This document shows, piece by piece, positions 22,936 through 35,955 of a stretch of DNA of 64,000 nucleotides (position 1 is its first letter; every line of letters begins with the position of its first letter). The position numbers and the translations under genes were made by a program. Source of the DNA: Octopus bimaculoides. Taxonomy: Eukaryota. The notes beneath the pieces are model-generated. The model did not search any database and was not told where the DNA came from. It worked only from the letters and a program-made list of their open reading frames with translations. The DNA lies in the NCBI RefSeq assembly GCF_001194135.2, contig NC_068989.1, forward strand, positions 10,248,645 to 10,312,644, given 5' to 3'.

Positions 22936-25769
22936 CCACATAGCCGTGCCTACACCATGCCATAACAACATCCAATTCTATCCATTCCATCAGGAATGGT
23001 TAACTTTTGTGCTAATTCTAGAGGCATTATCAAATCGTGTAAAATGTGATAAAAGAGGATTCTTTTGACTTGTGTGAATAAAAGATATTAAAAAAAAACA
23101 CTAATATTAAAATAGTTATAGCAAGAGACACAGCAATGCAATATTTATTTCCTTTCCCAGTTAGATTCTGTGGTAAATTTAATCAAATACAGAATAATTC
23201 ATTTGAAAAGACAATGAAGAATATGATAGAAAAAAAAAAAAATATTATTTACAACAACAAACTAGCCAAGAAGATCTCCTCCACCACCGCAACCCACCCT
23301 TTCAAAAAAAGAAAAAAAACTAATAGTCTTTCAATTAAAATAAGCACAAAGAAAGAAGGAAATTGCAGACGACAACCATTATCTCAAATACTGAATTGGA
23401 AGAATTAGAACAATGAATATATAAGAACCGTGCTCAAAATTACTGCAACCCAGGTCATATTATTATTATTATTATTATTATTATTATCATCATTATTATT
23501 GTTATTTTAATATTTATTTATTTTTTTAGAATTAACTCGACATTGGTTCTGAATTCCAATTTTCAGTTTGACAATAAATAGCAGCATAAGAGAAGTAAAT
23601 ATCAATGTAAAAGATAGTTAAATAAACAAAAATAATGAAATTAAAAAAAAAAAATTAAATTAAATTACAAAAAAACAAAAAAAAAATCTGCTATTGTTTA
23701 TCACAAGAGAAACAGAGCGAATAAGAAATCATCCAGAAGGTATTACATAATGTACAATAGTAACAGTACTTCAACTAAAATATTGGTTATGAATAATAAA
23801 TAATCATGAAACTAAAATGTATTATCAAAGAAATGAAGACCTATGCCTATATTTGGACATGTTTTGTTGTTGTTGCTTTTGAATAGTTTTCTTGAATAAT
23901 TCATAGCGTTGTTAATCTACAATGGTGATACAATGAACATAAATAGTTCTCTTCACTGGTTCCAATAAGGAGAAAATTGCTTTTGACTGTTGAGTATCGT
24001 GAGACATCTGTACTTAGACTTAGAAGTATTGGTTCTAGTAAGCAGCATCTCAGTAATTAATACAGCATATGTTGCAGCTAATTTTGTAAATAGCATTCTG
24101 GTAGAGAATACTGGTTTTCTTTTTCAGTAAGAATCATATATAAAATTCAAAGAGATGTTTTCATATTTGATGCAATAAGTTCCAAACGATATTTCTAAAA
24201 CACACCTCGTTAACCTATGTAGCCCAGTGCACCATACTGATGAACCAGTCAAGGTATTCAATATAGGCTGAATACAAATTGCTGATTTGCTTATCCAATT
24301 GTATGTGAAGCTTACACTTGTTATACAGAAAATAGGGAGCCTTTGTCTGATACAGTAAAGTGCAAACAATGCTTGCAGAGCAAAGAAAACAAATTCAATA
24401 ATCGCATATGTGGCATGTGTGAGGCTAGGGGGGGCATGCATGAGCGTGTATGTGACGTGCGATTGTGTGCATGTACATGTGAGTGTGTGTATGTGTGTAT
24501 CTGTCTGTCTGCTTGTGTCTTTAAGGTTTCATTTCCTCTCACTTGTCATATATAATGAATTTCATTGAACAATTACTATAAAATATGTTACAGAATCAAT
24601 CAGTGTGCAATATTCATACTAAAAATGTTTCGTAAATAAAAATTAAGAAATATAATAAAATGAAATAAAAATTACATATTACAGTATAAATTGCTCTCGT
24701 TATTATCTCATTAGTTTCATTACTAGACCAAATTTGTTGTCTATGACTTCATTCATCCCATCTACTGCAACCAACACGTTCTTTGATCTTAACATTAAAT
24801 TATTTACGATATGAACCTCAATTCACATTTGCTGAATAGTATCATTCTACCAAAGTGTTGACTCTTGTAAACATCACTTGAGTTTTTTTTTTCTTTTTTT
24901 TTTTCTTTTTTTTGCTGTTTGTTTTTTTGTTGCCATCATCAAAAGGCTTTTATTTTTGCCTATTTTGAATAAAAACTATACAGTAATTGTGCCGACTTAA
25001 TTCATTCACATCACATTATACCACATAACTTCATGATTGCCAAAAGAAGTTCAAAGAACAAAGAATAACTAAACAAATTGACAACCACGAATGAAAAATA
25101 AGGAAAACGAAAACTAAAAGAGATCTCGTTTCATTAAAAATACTATCAAAAGAAAATATTATTAAGGAACATTTCTGGATATACAAAGAGCGAGGGAAGA
25201 ATATCTGAAGAGCATTTAAGTTTAATGAGGCAAAGACCATTTACTGAGCTTTGACATAGACACCTACTAAAATAGGTGTCTTCTGTCAATTCACACTTTT
25301 CCACTTAGAAAGGGAATTTTAAAAATGGTGTTTTTAGACAAAAAGAAATGTGAAATTTTGAGATGTAGTTACTTAAGTGCATGTATAAAATATTTTGGGG
25401 AAAAAATGTTCAAATAACTTATTTTAGAACTTTCACTTCATGTGGAAGAATAAAAAGCTTACACTGATAAAACGAAAAACAAAAATCAAGTTCAAAGTGT
25501 GTTTGAAAATTTATCATTTGTTATAGGTGTTCCATTTTTGGTGATTTTTTTTTTTTAATGCATTTGGATATTCTGCTGAACTTTGTCAGGTTAATAAGAA
25601 CTGACACTAAAATCTACTTTTAAGATTTTCCATTGCCTCAGGAAAATACCTAAGCATTTCTCAGCGTTTCCTTTTCATAACATTGTGCAACCCTTGACAT
25701 TCGGAAGAAAGTTTGTAAAAGAATTCTTATGTCTCAACCTATTAAGGTTATCATTTGAATGGGCTAAAG

Positions 25770-25951
25770 CAGCACTTCTTAAACCATGGGTCATGAAGTG
25801 AAATGCTGGGGTCATGAAAATTGAATTCAAATACTTGAATTTCAGTTTATATGTTATTTCACAAACACACATTTAATACCTGGGATCACAAAAAAATGGA
25901 GTTTTTCACCAGAAAAACGGTGTTATGAATGAAAGAAGTTTAAGAAGTGCT
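25770..25951. mobile_element. hAT-type MITE
   Basis: TIR CAGCACTTCTTAA / TTAAGAAGTGCTG; 8-bp TSD GGCTAAAG / GACTAAAG (7/8). Confidence 0.85.
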
Positions 25952-28505
25952 GGACTAAAGCAACAGGCAAATTAACCCGCTTCAGAACAAAAAGGATGTA
26001 CCTATGCCTTCAAACTATTTTAACAGATGTACAATAATTTCCAAAATTTAAAGTTTCCACTTGTCAAGTTACCATGTTTCCTCTTTTACATTTCTATAAA
26101 AATAAAAACTCGCAACCTCAAAACTACATATGTAAAGATTTAAAACAAAAAAGAAAATGTAAGTATGATCAGCTTAAGATTGCCAATACACAATAGTAGC
26201 AATAGAGCTAAAATGTTGAACTAGAAACTGAAAGGTCTGAATCCTGTCATCAACATCCCTATCTTCTTTCCACGGGGTAGCCTTACATCTCCTCAATAGC
26301 AAGACACCTGCGCTTGTCTTTCCATTACACTTTAGCATAGAACATCACTGCCTCCTCCCCTTCTCAAATACTCTCTGCCCATTTAATCAAGGAAGCTTTT
26401 CCCCCCTTTTTCCTTTTGCCCCTTTTCCTTTTTTTCTTTTTCTTTCTTCCTGTTCTTCTCTTATCTTGCAAGTTACTTGGTAACCTCATTAATACTAGTT
26501 GTAAAAAAAAAAAAAAACCAGTACACCATATAAAGTAGGCGACATTAGAAAGGGTATCCAGTCATAGAAACCATGCCAAAACTGTCAAACCATCCAAACT
26601 ATGCCAGCATGGAAAACAGACATTAAATGATGATGATGATGATGAAGAAGAAGAAGATATTACACTGCCATAATTGGATTGTCAATATTAAAAGGGGGTT
26701 CCTACTCAATTTTTTTCAGAATCCTTACACCAACACAAACATGAAATTCGTAAAAATGTACAATACCAACAAGTTAATCTAGAAGCCTATTTGTCTGCAT
26801 CAGTCTTATAAATGCTTCATGCTCTCTATCTATCTATCTATCGCTATCTCTCAAGAATAAAAAACCACTACTGTTCAGAACATAAAAGGATAAAATTATT
26901 GATAACATGTTGTAATCATGAGTCACATTTTTTTTAGCGCTAATAAGGGAGAACGCTTTATTCAAAAGACAGTTGTTTGATAAAAAAACAATGCACTGGA
27001 GGGGACAAAATAAAACAGAAACAAACAATCTAAAGGGCTGGCATTATTTAATAAATAAAAACAACCCCCATTAAATAAAACTGCAAACTTAATGTATTCA
27101 AGAATTCTTTCACAAGCAAATTACAAACATTTCCTAATTTAAGTGAAAACAGACAGCAGGACAATAATTTTGGGGCTAATCAATCACAAACAAGCTGCGC
27201 ACGTGTTTTCATTTTCTTGGCATTGGTTCGGCTGCAAGGTATATAAAGAACTTTGTCCAAGAGAATGTAATGCCTGCAGCAACATATGACTTTCATGACC
27301 CATGAAACAAAAACAGGATAATCATTAAAGTCATTATGCATGCAACTGTAAATGTGAAAATGACAAACAGAGTGAGAAGGAAGCGACAGTAGACGCTTAA
27401 CATTTACTTAATTCAGGGCTTTATGTCTCTAAGCTAAAATACTGCCAGAGTCAACATTGCTTTCCATCCATTCTAGTTGACAAAATAGCTGCAGTAAAGT
27501 AAAATAAAAAAAAATATTCATATAAATTGCTTTTTTTCTTCTTTCTTTTTTTTGCAGTTTTTCCCTTTTTTTGTTTGTTTTTTGTTAGGGTTTTTCGGGG
27601 TTTTTTCTGTTTTTTGGGGTTTTTGGGGTTTTTTTGTCTTTTATTGTTGCTTTTGTTTTGGGGGGGGCTTGTTTTTTGTTTTTTTTGGAGGGGGGGGGGC
27701 TTGTTTTTTTTTTGTTTGTTTGTTTGTTTTTTTGCTATCCTCCCCATCCTCTGGATTTAAACTTTAAAAACATCTCATTTTACAAGATTGCTAAAACCGA
27801 TTTACTTCTTATTTCAATTTGTAAATAAATTTTCCTTGAATTTTCAAAAATAAAAGAGATAGAACATTAAAATGTGCAGGTGATGACTCACATACCTGGA
27901 GTTTTTCACAGTAATTTCTGGAATGCACAAATGAACAGCTAAATCTAGTCAAAACAGACCAACAGAACATCACCTGCAAACCAACAGAGACAACTCTCAT
28001 GTCTCCAAGCTGCACCCATTATGCAATCTGCTAATAATGTGACACAGCATGTGGTACATAATAAAATTACTGAGATTCAATTTGACTTAGTTCCAAGAAC
28101 AAGATATATATCTTATACTTCTTGTGATAGGCTGTGGTGACAAACCACAATTTACCATGCAGTAGTCACATTTTCCAAGTTGTTGTTGCTGCTACTGCTG
28201 GTGGTGATGTCTGTGGGAAACTAAGTCAGATCCATTCATGTAGATCTATGTGTGAAGTTGGTTGACTAGTTATGGTTAATGTGACTTATACTAAGGGCAT
28301 GTTCACCAAAATTTTAGATCTACAAAACGTGTTGTCCCTAAGTAGTTCACTGGATGATTTCACTGTTATGTTGAGCAGATCAGTACTTGTTACATCTTGT
28401 TTGTTTTTCTTTTTATCATTAGTAGTGAAGGTCTTGAAATATAATAAAAATTCTTCAGTGTAACAATGTTGATTGCCTGTGAAAAGATATTAGCAGGATG
28501 AGGAT

Positions 28506-29089
28506 TAGTGATTCTCAAACGTTTTAATATCCAGACCAGACCCAAAACCTGGATCTTTTTAGTGGATTATAATCTAAAAAAGGTAAAAAAACAAATCATT
28601 TAATGTAAAATTATTATATTTATAAAAGGAAGATCATCAAGGGCGTAGGCGTAGGAGTAGCTGTGTGATAAGTAGCTTGCTTACCAACCACATGGTTCCG
28701 GGTTCAGTCCCACTGCGTAGCACCTTGAGCAAGTGGCCTCAGGCCAACCAAATCCTTATGAGTGGATATGGTACACAGAAACTGAAAGAAGCCTGTCGTA
28801 TATATGCATATATATATATGTATGTGCGTGTGTTTGTGTTTGTCCCCCCAACATCGCTTGACAACTGATGCTGATGTGTTTACATCCCCGTAACTTAGCG
28901 GTTCAGCAAAAGAGACTGATAGAATAAATACTAGGCTTACAAAGAATAAGTTCTTGGGTCGATTTGCTCGACTAAAGGCGGTGCTCCAGCATGGTCACAG
29001 TCAAATGACTGAAACAAGTAAAGAGTAAGGGCCACCGGAAGGATGCTTGAGGGCCACATGGACCCTGAGACCGATAGTTGAAACCACTG
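28506..29089. mobile_element. Degenerate hAT-type MITE hosting a SINE A
   Basis: TAGTGATTCTCAAAC...GTTGAAACCACTG termini; no clean TSD. Confidence 0.55.
28645..29026 (+). mobile_element. SINE family A, full length
   Basis: Complete head, hinge and tail; AAGGGC repeated at 28639-28644 and 29027-29032 (TSD). Confidence 0.92.
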
Positions 29090-29787
29090 ATCAAAGATAA
29101 ATGCATTAAAGGAGTAAAACTACTTCAGAATAAGATGCTAAACTGTCTGGATTGGTTGACATTATAAACCATCCATTTTGTTGATGAGTTGCAATTTTGA
29201 AATAAAAAATTCTGAAAGCATCAATGCATTCATTCATAATCACAGTATTGCAATCTCAAAGACTCTCAATGTTTAAGGTAATAAAAACAATGAAAACGAG
29301 TAATGGTGAAACATTTGTAGGTCATTAAATACATTGGATAAATGAGAAATATCCTTCTCCACTAAAAAGTCTTCCTAAGGAATTCTACTGGCTAATCCTT
29401 TCAGAAGACAACATTTGGAGTTTATTTGGATTTTTTCAATCTGACCAGCTTAGGTTCATCTCAAAAAGAAATTAACAGACCAATCTATTTTGCATAATTC
29501 AAATCTGCTAATTTTATACCAAAATAATCAGACATCTTTGATCAAAACATTATATTAAGTTTTTAGCATTTTAACTGGTCATATTTGGCCCAAATATTCA
29601 ACTAGTTTTATATTAAATCTAACCATTTTATGTTAAAACTAGTTATTCTAAAATAAGTAATCACATCACTGAAATCTTGAAGCTATGAGATAATGTATGA
29701 TTAATTCAAAATTACATTTGACAGTAACTTGAATACTAAAGGGTTAAGGGGGTTTTTGTTTGTTTGTTTTTTTACTTTTTATTTATT

Positions 29788-29847
<60 letters not shown>

Positions 29848-30646
29848 GTAACAATGTTGGTTAACTGATGCAGGATCTACAACAGGCAACAAACTGACTT
29901 CTCTAAAATAAAAAGTGTTATGTCTGAAATTATAACTTCCAGATTTAATCTCTCAAAAAGAATTCGTTTTACATAAACTTAGCATATGAATGGGAAGAAT
30001 AAATGGAATTTTTTACGGCTGTGCTATCATGGGCACATCATTTATGTAAGTGGAAAAACTTCTAACAGGAATCCGAAATGGATTGCTGGCAGTTTGCCAA
30101 AAATTTATCCCCACAGCATAACCGCCACCATACTTTTCTTAAAATTTAATTAATTCAAAGAATTCGTTAATTTCTCAAAAATAATTCCTTGCACAATTAT
30201 CAACCAGTTTTAGCAGACTAAAATATATAAAACTGTATTAATGTGCTTAACCTTTAAAGAGAAAGTCTCATAAATTTTGTGAAATTAGCTTTCGAATGCA
30301 AATTAATCCCAATTATTTCAGGAATGGTATTATTAAAAGAATAGTGTTAAGTTTTTGTATTTCTTTTACCACATTTTCTCCAATTATCTAATATACCTGA
30401 ATGTAATAACATTAAAACCAGCCAAAAGCTGGCATAATTAGATGACTGAGCAAGGTTGGTCGGAGGCTCATGATTTAGTATGGTTGGTTGGACATTCAAC
30501 CTGTTTGGCAACAATACATTTTGACACTGGAGGCATACACGCACACATACACACAGAAATGTAGACAAGCAGATAGAGAGAAAGAGGAAAAGAGAGACAT
30601 TGAGACATTACACATACATAAAAACAGCTAGATGCTCATGCACATA

Positions 30647-30718
<72 letters not shown>

Positions 30719-31073
30719 TCTGATGTCAAATATGTGAGCATTGAATCAGCAATACCAAATATTAAGTGGTACCAAAACAGCTGTGCCAAGACATCTCGTA
30801 GCCAAATACTGGAGCAGTCAAACAATCTCGCAAGTCCAACCAGTAGTCCACCTGGTTGTGAAGTTATGACAGTCAATGACAGTCTGCAAATCTTGGTCAA
30901 CTGTCTCTTGCCGAGTTTTCTTTGGATATTCTTTTGATTCCAAAAGAAGGACCTTCTTCTTTATTTTTAACAATTTTGTTTCAAACAGGGCTTGAGGCCA
31001 CAGTAGTGTAAGAGATTACAAAGAAAGAAACAAAGGATCCAACAAATTCAAAAGATATCGATTGACAGAGAGC

Positions 31074-31803
31074 TTAACTCTTTTGATACCAACCCGCCTG
31101 AAACCATCTCTATAGTACAAATGTCTTCTTTTCAAAAGTTCTGAATTAGAATCTTCCACGAAACCTTAGTTACAATTTATGTTCCTAACACTAGCTTAAT
31201 GATAACTAAGTTATTTTACTAAGTTCTTTGTTATATTCGAAATGAAGTGAAAGAAACACAAAGCATCTCAATACAAATATGGTAACAAAAGGGTTTAAAT
31301 ATATAATAGAGAAACAATTCTTAACTCTTTCAATACCAAGCCACCTAAAACCACCTCTGGCTCTGTAGTACAAATGTCTTGCTTTCATAAGTTTTGGATT
31401 AAAATCTTCCACCAAACCTTAGTCACAATTGATGTTCCTCACACTAGTTTAATGATAACTAAGTTATTTTATTAAATTCTTTGTTATATTTAAAATTAAT
31501 TGAAAGAAACTTAGAGCCTCTCAACAGAAATATGGTAACAAAAGGGTTAAAATATATAATAGAGAAACAATTCTTAACCCTTTCAATACCAAGCTGCCTA
31601 AAACCACCTCTGGCTCTGTAGCACAAATGTCTTGTTTTCATAAGTTTTGAATTAAAATCTCCCACCAAACCTTAGTCATAATTTATGTTCCTAACACTAG
31701 CTTAATGATAACTAAGTTATTTTACTAAATTCTTTGATATATTTAAAATGAAGTGAAAGAAACACAGAGCATCTCAACAGAAATATGGTAACAAAAGGGT
31801 TAA
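31074..31803 (+). mobile_element. Three head-to-tail copies of TTAA MITE family 1 (~220 bp) with spacers
   Basis: Each unit runs TTAA|C(C/T)CTTT..ATACCAA to TATGGTAACAAAAGGG|TT(T)AA; units start at 31074, 31321 and 31574; spacer AATATATAATAGAGAAACAATTC. Confidence 0.9.
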
Positions 31804-34669
31804 AGGGGCTGAATATTATAGATCAGAAGAGAACAAGATAATGGTAGCGAGTTTCAGAGAGCAGCAGGAAAGAAGCTATCAGAATGAAAGGACTTTTAAC
31901 TAACAGGAAGCTCAACAGAGAAACAATGTGCCTGGGAAGAAAAGTGGATGACTCTTTTAAAGGTCTTGAAAGAAGGTACTAGACTGGAAAGTTCATCAGA
32001 TCAATGACCATAGAAATACCTCTAGAAAAGACAAATTGAAGAAACATTCTGAGAATGAGCCTGTGACTCCAGCCTAGATTTTGAAAAAAGGGGCAGAAGA
32101 CCCACCATGTTAACAACTCAATTCTGGATATGACTGAGCAAGAGAAGATACTCAGAGGAGGCCCCAACTCAAAGATGACAGATGTATTCAAAGCCAGGTC
32201 AAATGGTGGCCTTATAGAGGTACAAGAATACACTCAGGCTTCAGAAACTTACAAGCACAGAAGACAGATCCAACATTCTTGGCAGCTGACCTAGTTGTTG
32301 AGTTGAAAGATGGTAGGTAAGGCCTAACCTTCTGAAGTTGTGTTTGCATATCATTTTCAACACAAAACACTCCTTAGTTCTTTTACTACTTTACTCACAT
32401 TTTGTTTTACTATTTTACTTTAATGTCTAAAACCTCATGGAGGTTTTTTCACCAAAACAATATCCATTTTCCCTTCCTGGATGCATTCAAAGATTTACAA
32501 CCATACAGAAAATTGAAATTATTTAATTATATCATGATCAATTGGTGAGGAGCTATTGACACTTTCCCAAAGCGTGTAAAAGTTCTGATTATATTAATAT
32601 ATTTTAAATTGCATTAATACAACTCCCAAAATGTAACTGATACAAGGTAATGCCAAACCTGCATCAGAGTGCCAAGCTTGTTACAATATGCCAAGCCTGT
32701 TACTTACGTTAAGCCCGCTGGTGTGTAGTTTCAAGTACACTATAATGACACATCTACTGAATGGCTTACTAAAGTAGACCAAACTACAACAAGCAACGTT
32801 GATCTTATTCCAAGTTCTCAATAACTTAGAATGAGTATGTGCCTGATAAGCCCTGATTGTAATGAACTGGGATACCAAATACATATAAATTCTAACTTAC
32901 TAAATTAACCAACTGGGAATAAGGTTTGAAGCTTAAAACTTTGAACATTTCCTTATATGTTATAATTCATAATATTCTATTACTAACACTTGGTTACGGT
33001 TTTGGTTAGTCAATCTAAACAATACATATTCACATAATACAAAGAATTAAAACTGAGAAATGCTTAAACCTTCCTAAAGCATTTCCCTTGCCACAGCTAC
33101 CAAAGTTTTGAATCATAAACAAAATAGGTCAACAAGGGAGGTTTTACAAAGTCACTCAACCTGCTAGATATAGCAGTCAAATCACTTGTAAATCACAGTC
33201 TACCATGTAAAATACAGAATACACTAGACAATGTAGTCCTTTATATACAAACTGAGATGGTTACATCAGGGATGTTTTTTTTATCAGGGGTCTGTTTGAT
33301 CAGGGCTGACATGAGCCTAAATAACAACAAAATATACTATTACATCAAAGTATATAGCAAAATAAGCATGTAACACATCCAGTTAACCCCCCACTGTGCC
33401 CTGACCTCCCAAACAGTGGTGTGGTGAAGTGTGTACAATACAATCTCATATCAAACTGAAGATATGACATCAGTCTCAGACACGTCTGACAGAAAGTATT
33501 AAACACTTGACTTTTTTTTCAGAGAAAGATTTATAGACAAAGAGAGACGACATAACACTCATGTCTTACTACATGGTACGAGTAATAATGTCAGAGAAAG
33601 TCATTCCAACTAGGAGTTGAAACTGTTGCAAACTCATCAGAAATGCGAGAAATTATACCGTTCATTCTTAGATATATTTCCTTCACTGAATGGCACTGAT
33701 GATCCCTAAGGTGAAGGACTTCAGATCAAATACTAGTAAGTTAATCCAGTAGGAGGGGCCTCACATCAGTGATGGGGGAGCCAGTGCATATTAAAACCAT
33801 CGAAGAATAGTAGGTGGAGAAGAAGGATGGAGAATTAATTCACAAAGTAATGAAGGCTGGTTTGTAAACGTGAATTACTTAATTCGGCTTAAATATCTTA
33901 CCTGATAAAATCAAATTGAAAATAAACATTATCCTTTATTCTTTTATGTTAAATAAATAAAACCTGTATATCTTGAAATCATTATTGTGTAAATGTATGA
34001 AGAAATCAACATTACATGCTCAAAAGTTCATAGAGTATATGAGACTTCAAAAGTGCCAAGAATTGATTTAATAGCTTGTATATTTTTAGTATACCAATAT
34101 CAAGTTCAGGCTTACCAAAGTAGTTGTCTGTTTTGTTTTTATTTTATTTTTTCTGTTTTTTTTTTTAAGGTGGAAGAGAAGTATGGTAGTATGTACAATG
34201 AGCTCCTAAGATGAGACTACAAGAAAACCCAGTTTACTGCCAAAGTTAACATCATTCATTTACTCTATCAAAACACTTGTGATAAAATATGTCAGTACTG
34301 TAAATACAAAATGCAAATAAATTTTTGAAAAAAATAACAGCCAAGCTTTATACACAAATTTGCCTTTGTAAATCTTGAATGAGAATATAGTTTTCTCACA
34401 AAGCAATTTGCAGCTCATTAATCGTGAAAAATGGACTCTTTGTATTTACAGGGAACATGAGGAGCAGGGAATGGGTATCTCCTGAAGTTAAATAAAGCTT
34501 TATTCAAAAACATAGCCTAAACCACTGCTTGAATAAATAGAAACCATAGTACACTTCAAATCAGCAGGAGTGAAACAAAACTAGAATTACAGGTATTTAA
34601 CAGTCTTTTCCTTCAGTCATTTCCCCAAATCACTAATATTAGTGGTCAAAATGGGAGACCTCCAAAGGA

Positions 34670-34990
34670 TCTCTGGCATATCATTACTTGACAAGAGGCA
34701 TAGCTCAGAGGTTACGAAGTTTTCCCAGGTTGATCCACCACTTCTCCACATTGAGAGGTCACAGCTCCAGTACTATTAATATGTGATTAGAATGCTGCAA
34801 GACAGATTCTTTAAGCCAAGCCAATTAACAGGATCCCTAGAGGTAGACCAAGAATGAGATGCTTGGATAATATTCATAGTCTCAGATAATCACACTTGGG
34901 AATCCAGTTATAAAGTGTAATGACAGTTACTTCTGAGTGGACCCTATAGAGAAGGTGCCTAAGGGTTCTAGCCCCACAGAACTCCCAAGA
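34670..34990 (+). mobile_element. RTE-clade LINE, decayed ORF C-terminus
   Basis: Translates GISLLDKRHSSEVTKFSQVDPPLLHIERSQLQYY*YVIRMLQDR, then after a frameshift IPRGRPRMRCLDNI; matches RTE C-terminal motifs LLHIERSQLRWFGHV and RPRGRPR. Confidence 0.85.
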
Positions 34991-35084
34991 ATAGTGGAAG
35001 GAGAAGATAGGTGGATGGAACAGTCTTCTACACTGAAGCAAAATATTTGTGGCATTAGCAGCAGAGCAGAAGCTAATAATATCT

Positions 35085-35358
35085 GGCATGCCCGTGCCAG
35101 TGGTACATAAAAAGCACCATCTAAACGTGGTCAATGCCAGTGCCACCTGATTGGCTCCCATGCCCGTGGCATGTAAAAGGCACCCACTACACTCTTGGAG
35201 TGGTTGGCGTTAGGAAGAGTATCCAGCTGTAGAAACCTTGCCAGATCAGATTGGAGCCTGGTGCAGCTTACTGGCTTGCCAGTCCTCACTCAGATCGTCC
35301 AATCCATGCCAGCATGGAAAATGAACTTTAAACAATGATGATGATGATGATGATAATG
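35085..35358 (+). mobile_element. Retroposon family D
   Basis: GGCGTTAGGAAGAGTATCCAGCTGTAGAAACCTTGCCAGATCAGATTGGAGCC..CCATGCCAGCATGGAAAA..(GAT)n. Confidence 0.88.
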
Positions 35359-35704
35359 ATTACAAGACAGTTTTGTTTTCAGACTCAGTAGATTTCCCAC
35401 CACCATTACCACCATTTTACTCCAGGACAATTATCTTATGACTGAATACTGTTCATTACCCATCAAAAAGATGATACATTTAAATGGACACCTGTTTATA
35501 TTATATTTACTAATGAATTACAATTATTATTATTGAAATTATTATATTACAACTCCATTATTGCTTTGTTATGTTTATATATTGCCTTTAGCATCATTAT
35601 TGTTCTAATATTTTTGTTATTACAGCAATATGGATGACAATCTGTTTTTCATTCTATCTGTATACAATGACAACACATACATCTGAATAACATTCAATGA
35701 TTTA

Positions 35705-35955
35705 TTCTTTTACATGTTTCAGTCATTTGACTGCAGCCATGATGGGGCACCACCTTCAAGGGTTTTAGTCGAAGAAATCGACCCTAGGATTATTCTTTGT
35801 AAGGCTAGTACTTATTCTATCAGTCCCTTTTGCTGAACTGCTAAGTTAGAGACATAAATACACTAGTAGAAAACACTTGCCCAAGGTGCCACACAGTGGG
35901 ACTGAACCCAGAACCATGTAGTTGGGAAGCAAGCTTCTTACCACACAGCTACGCC
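35705..35955 (-). mobile_element. SINE family A with internal deletion
   Basis: 3' half joined directly to the head at about 35860-35870; the (TA)n hinge region is lost. Confidence 0.8.

Noticed and set aside
27929-27950. miR-279-like seed (TGACTAGA..) on the minus strand
   Set aside because: Only the first 9 nt match and there is no complementary arm to form a hairpin.
29790-29843. 54-nt poly(T) as the tail of a minus-strand retrocopy
   Set aside because: No polyadenylation signal at the expected distance, no ORF and no TSD; more likely slippage beside a MITE end.
30720-30937. Open frames on both strands after a (GA)n tract
   Set aside because: No recognisable domain, start context or convincing splice sites.
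31074-31803. CRISPR-like repeat-spacer array
   Set aside because: Eukaryotic context, 220-bp repeats with TIRs and identical spacers; it is a MITE multimer.
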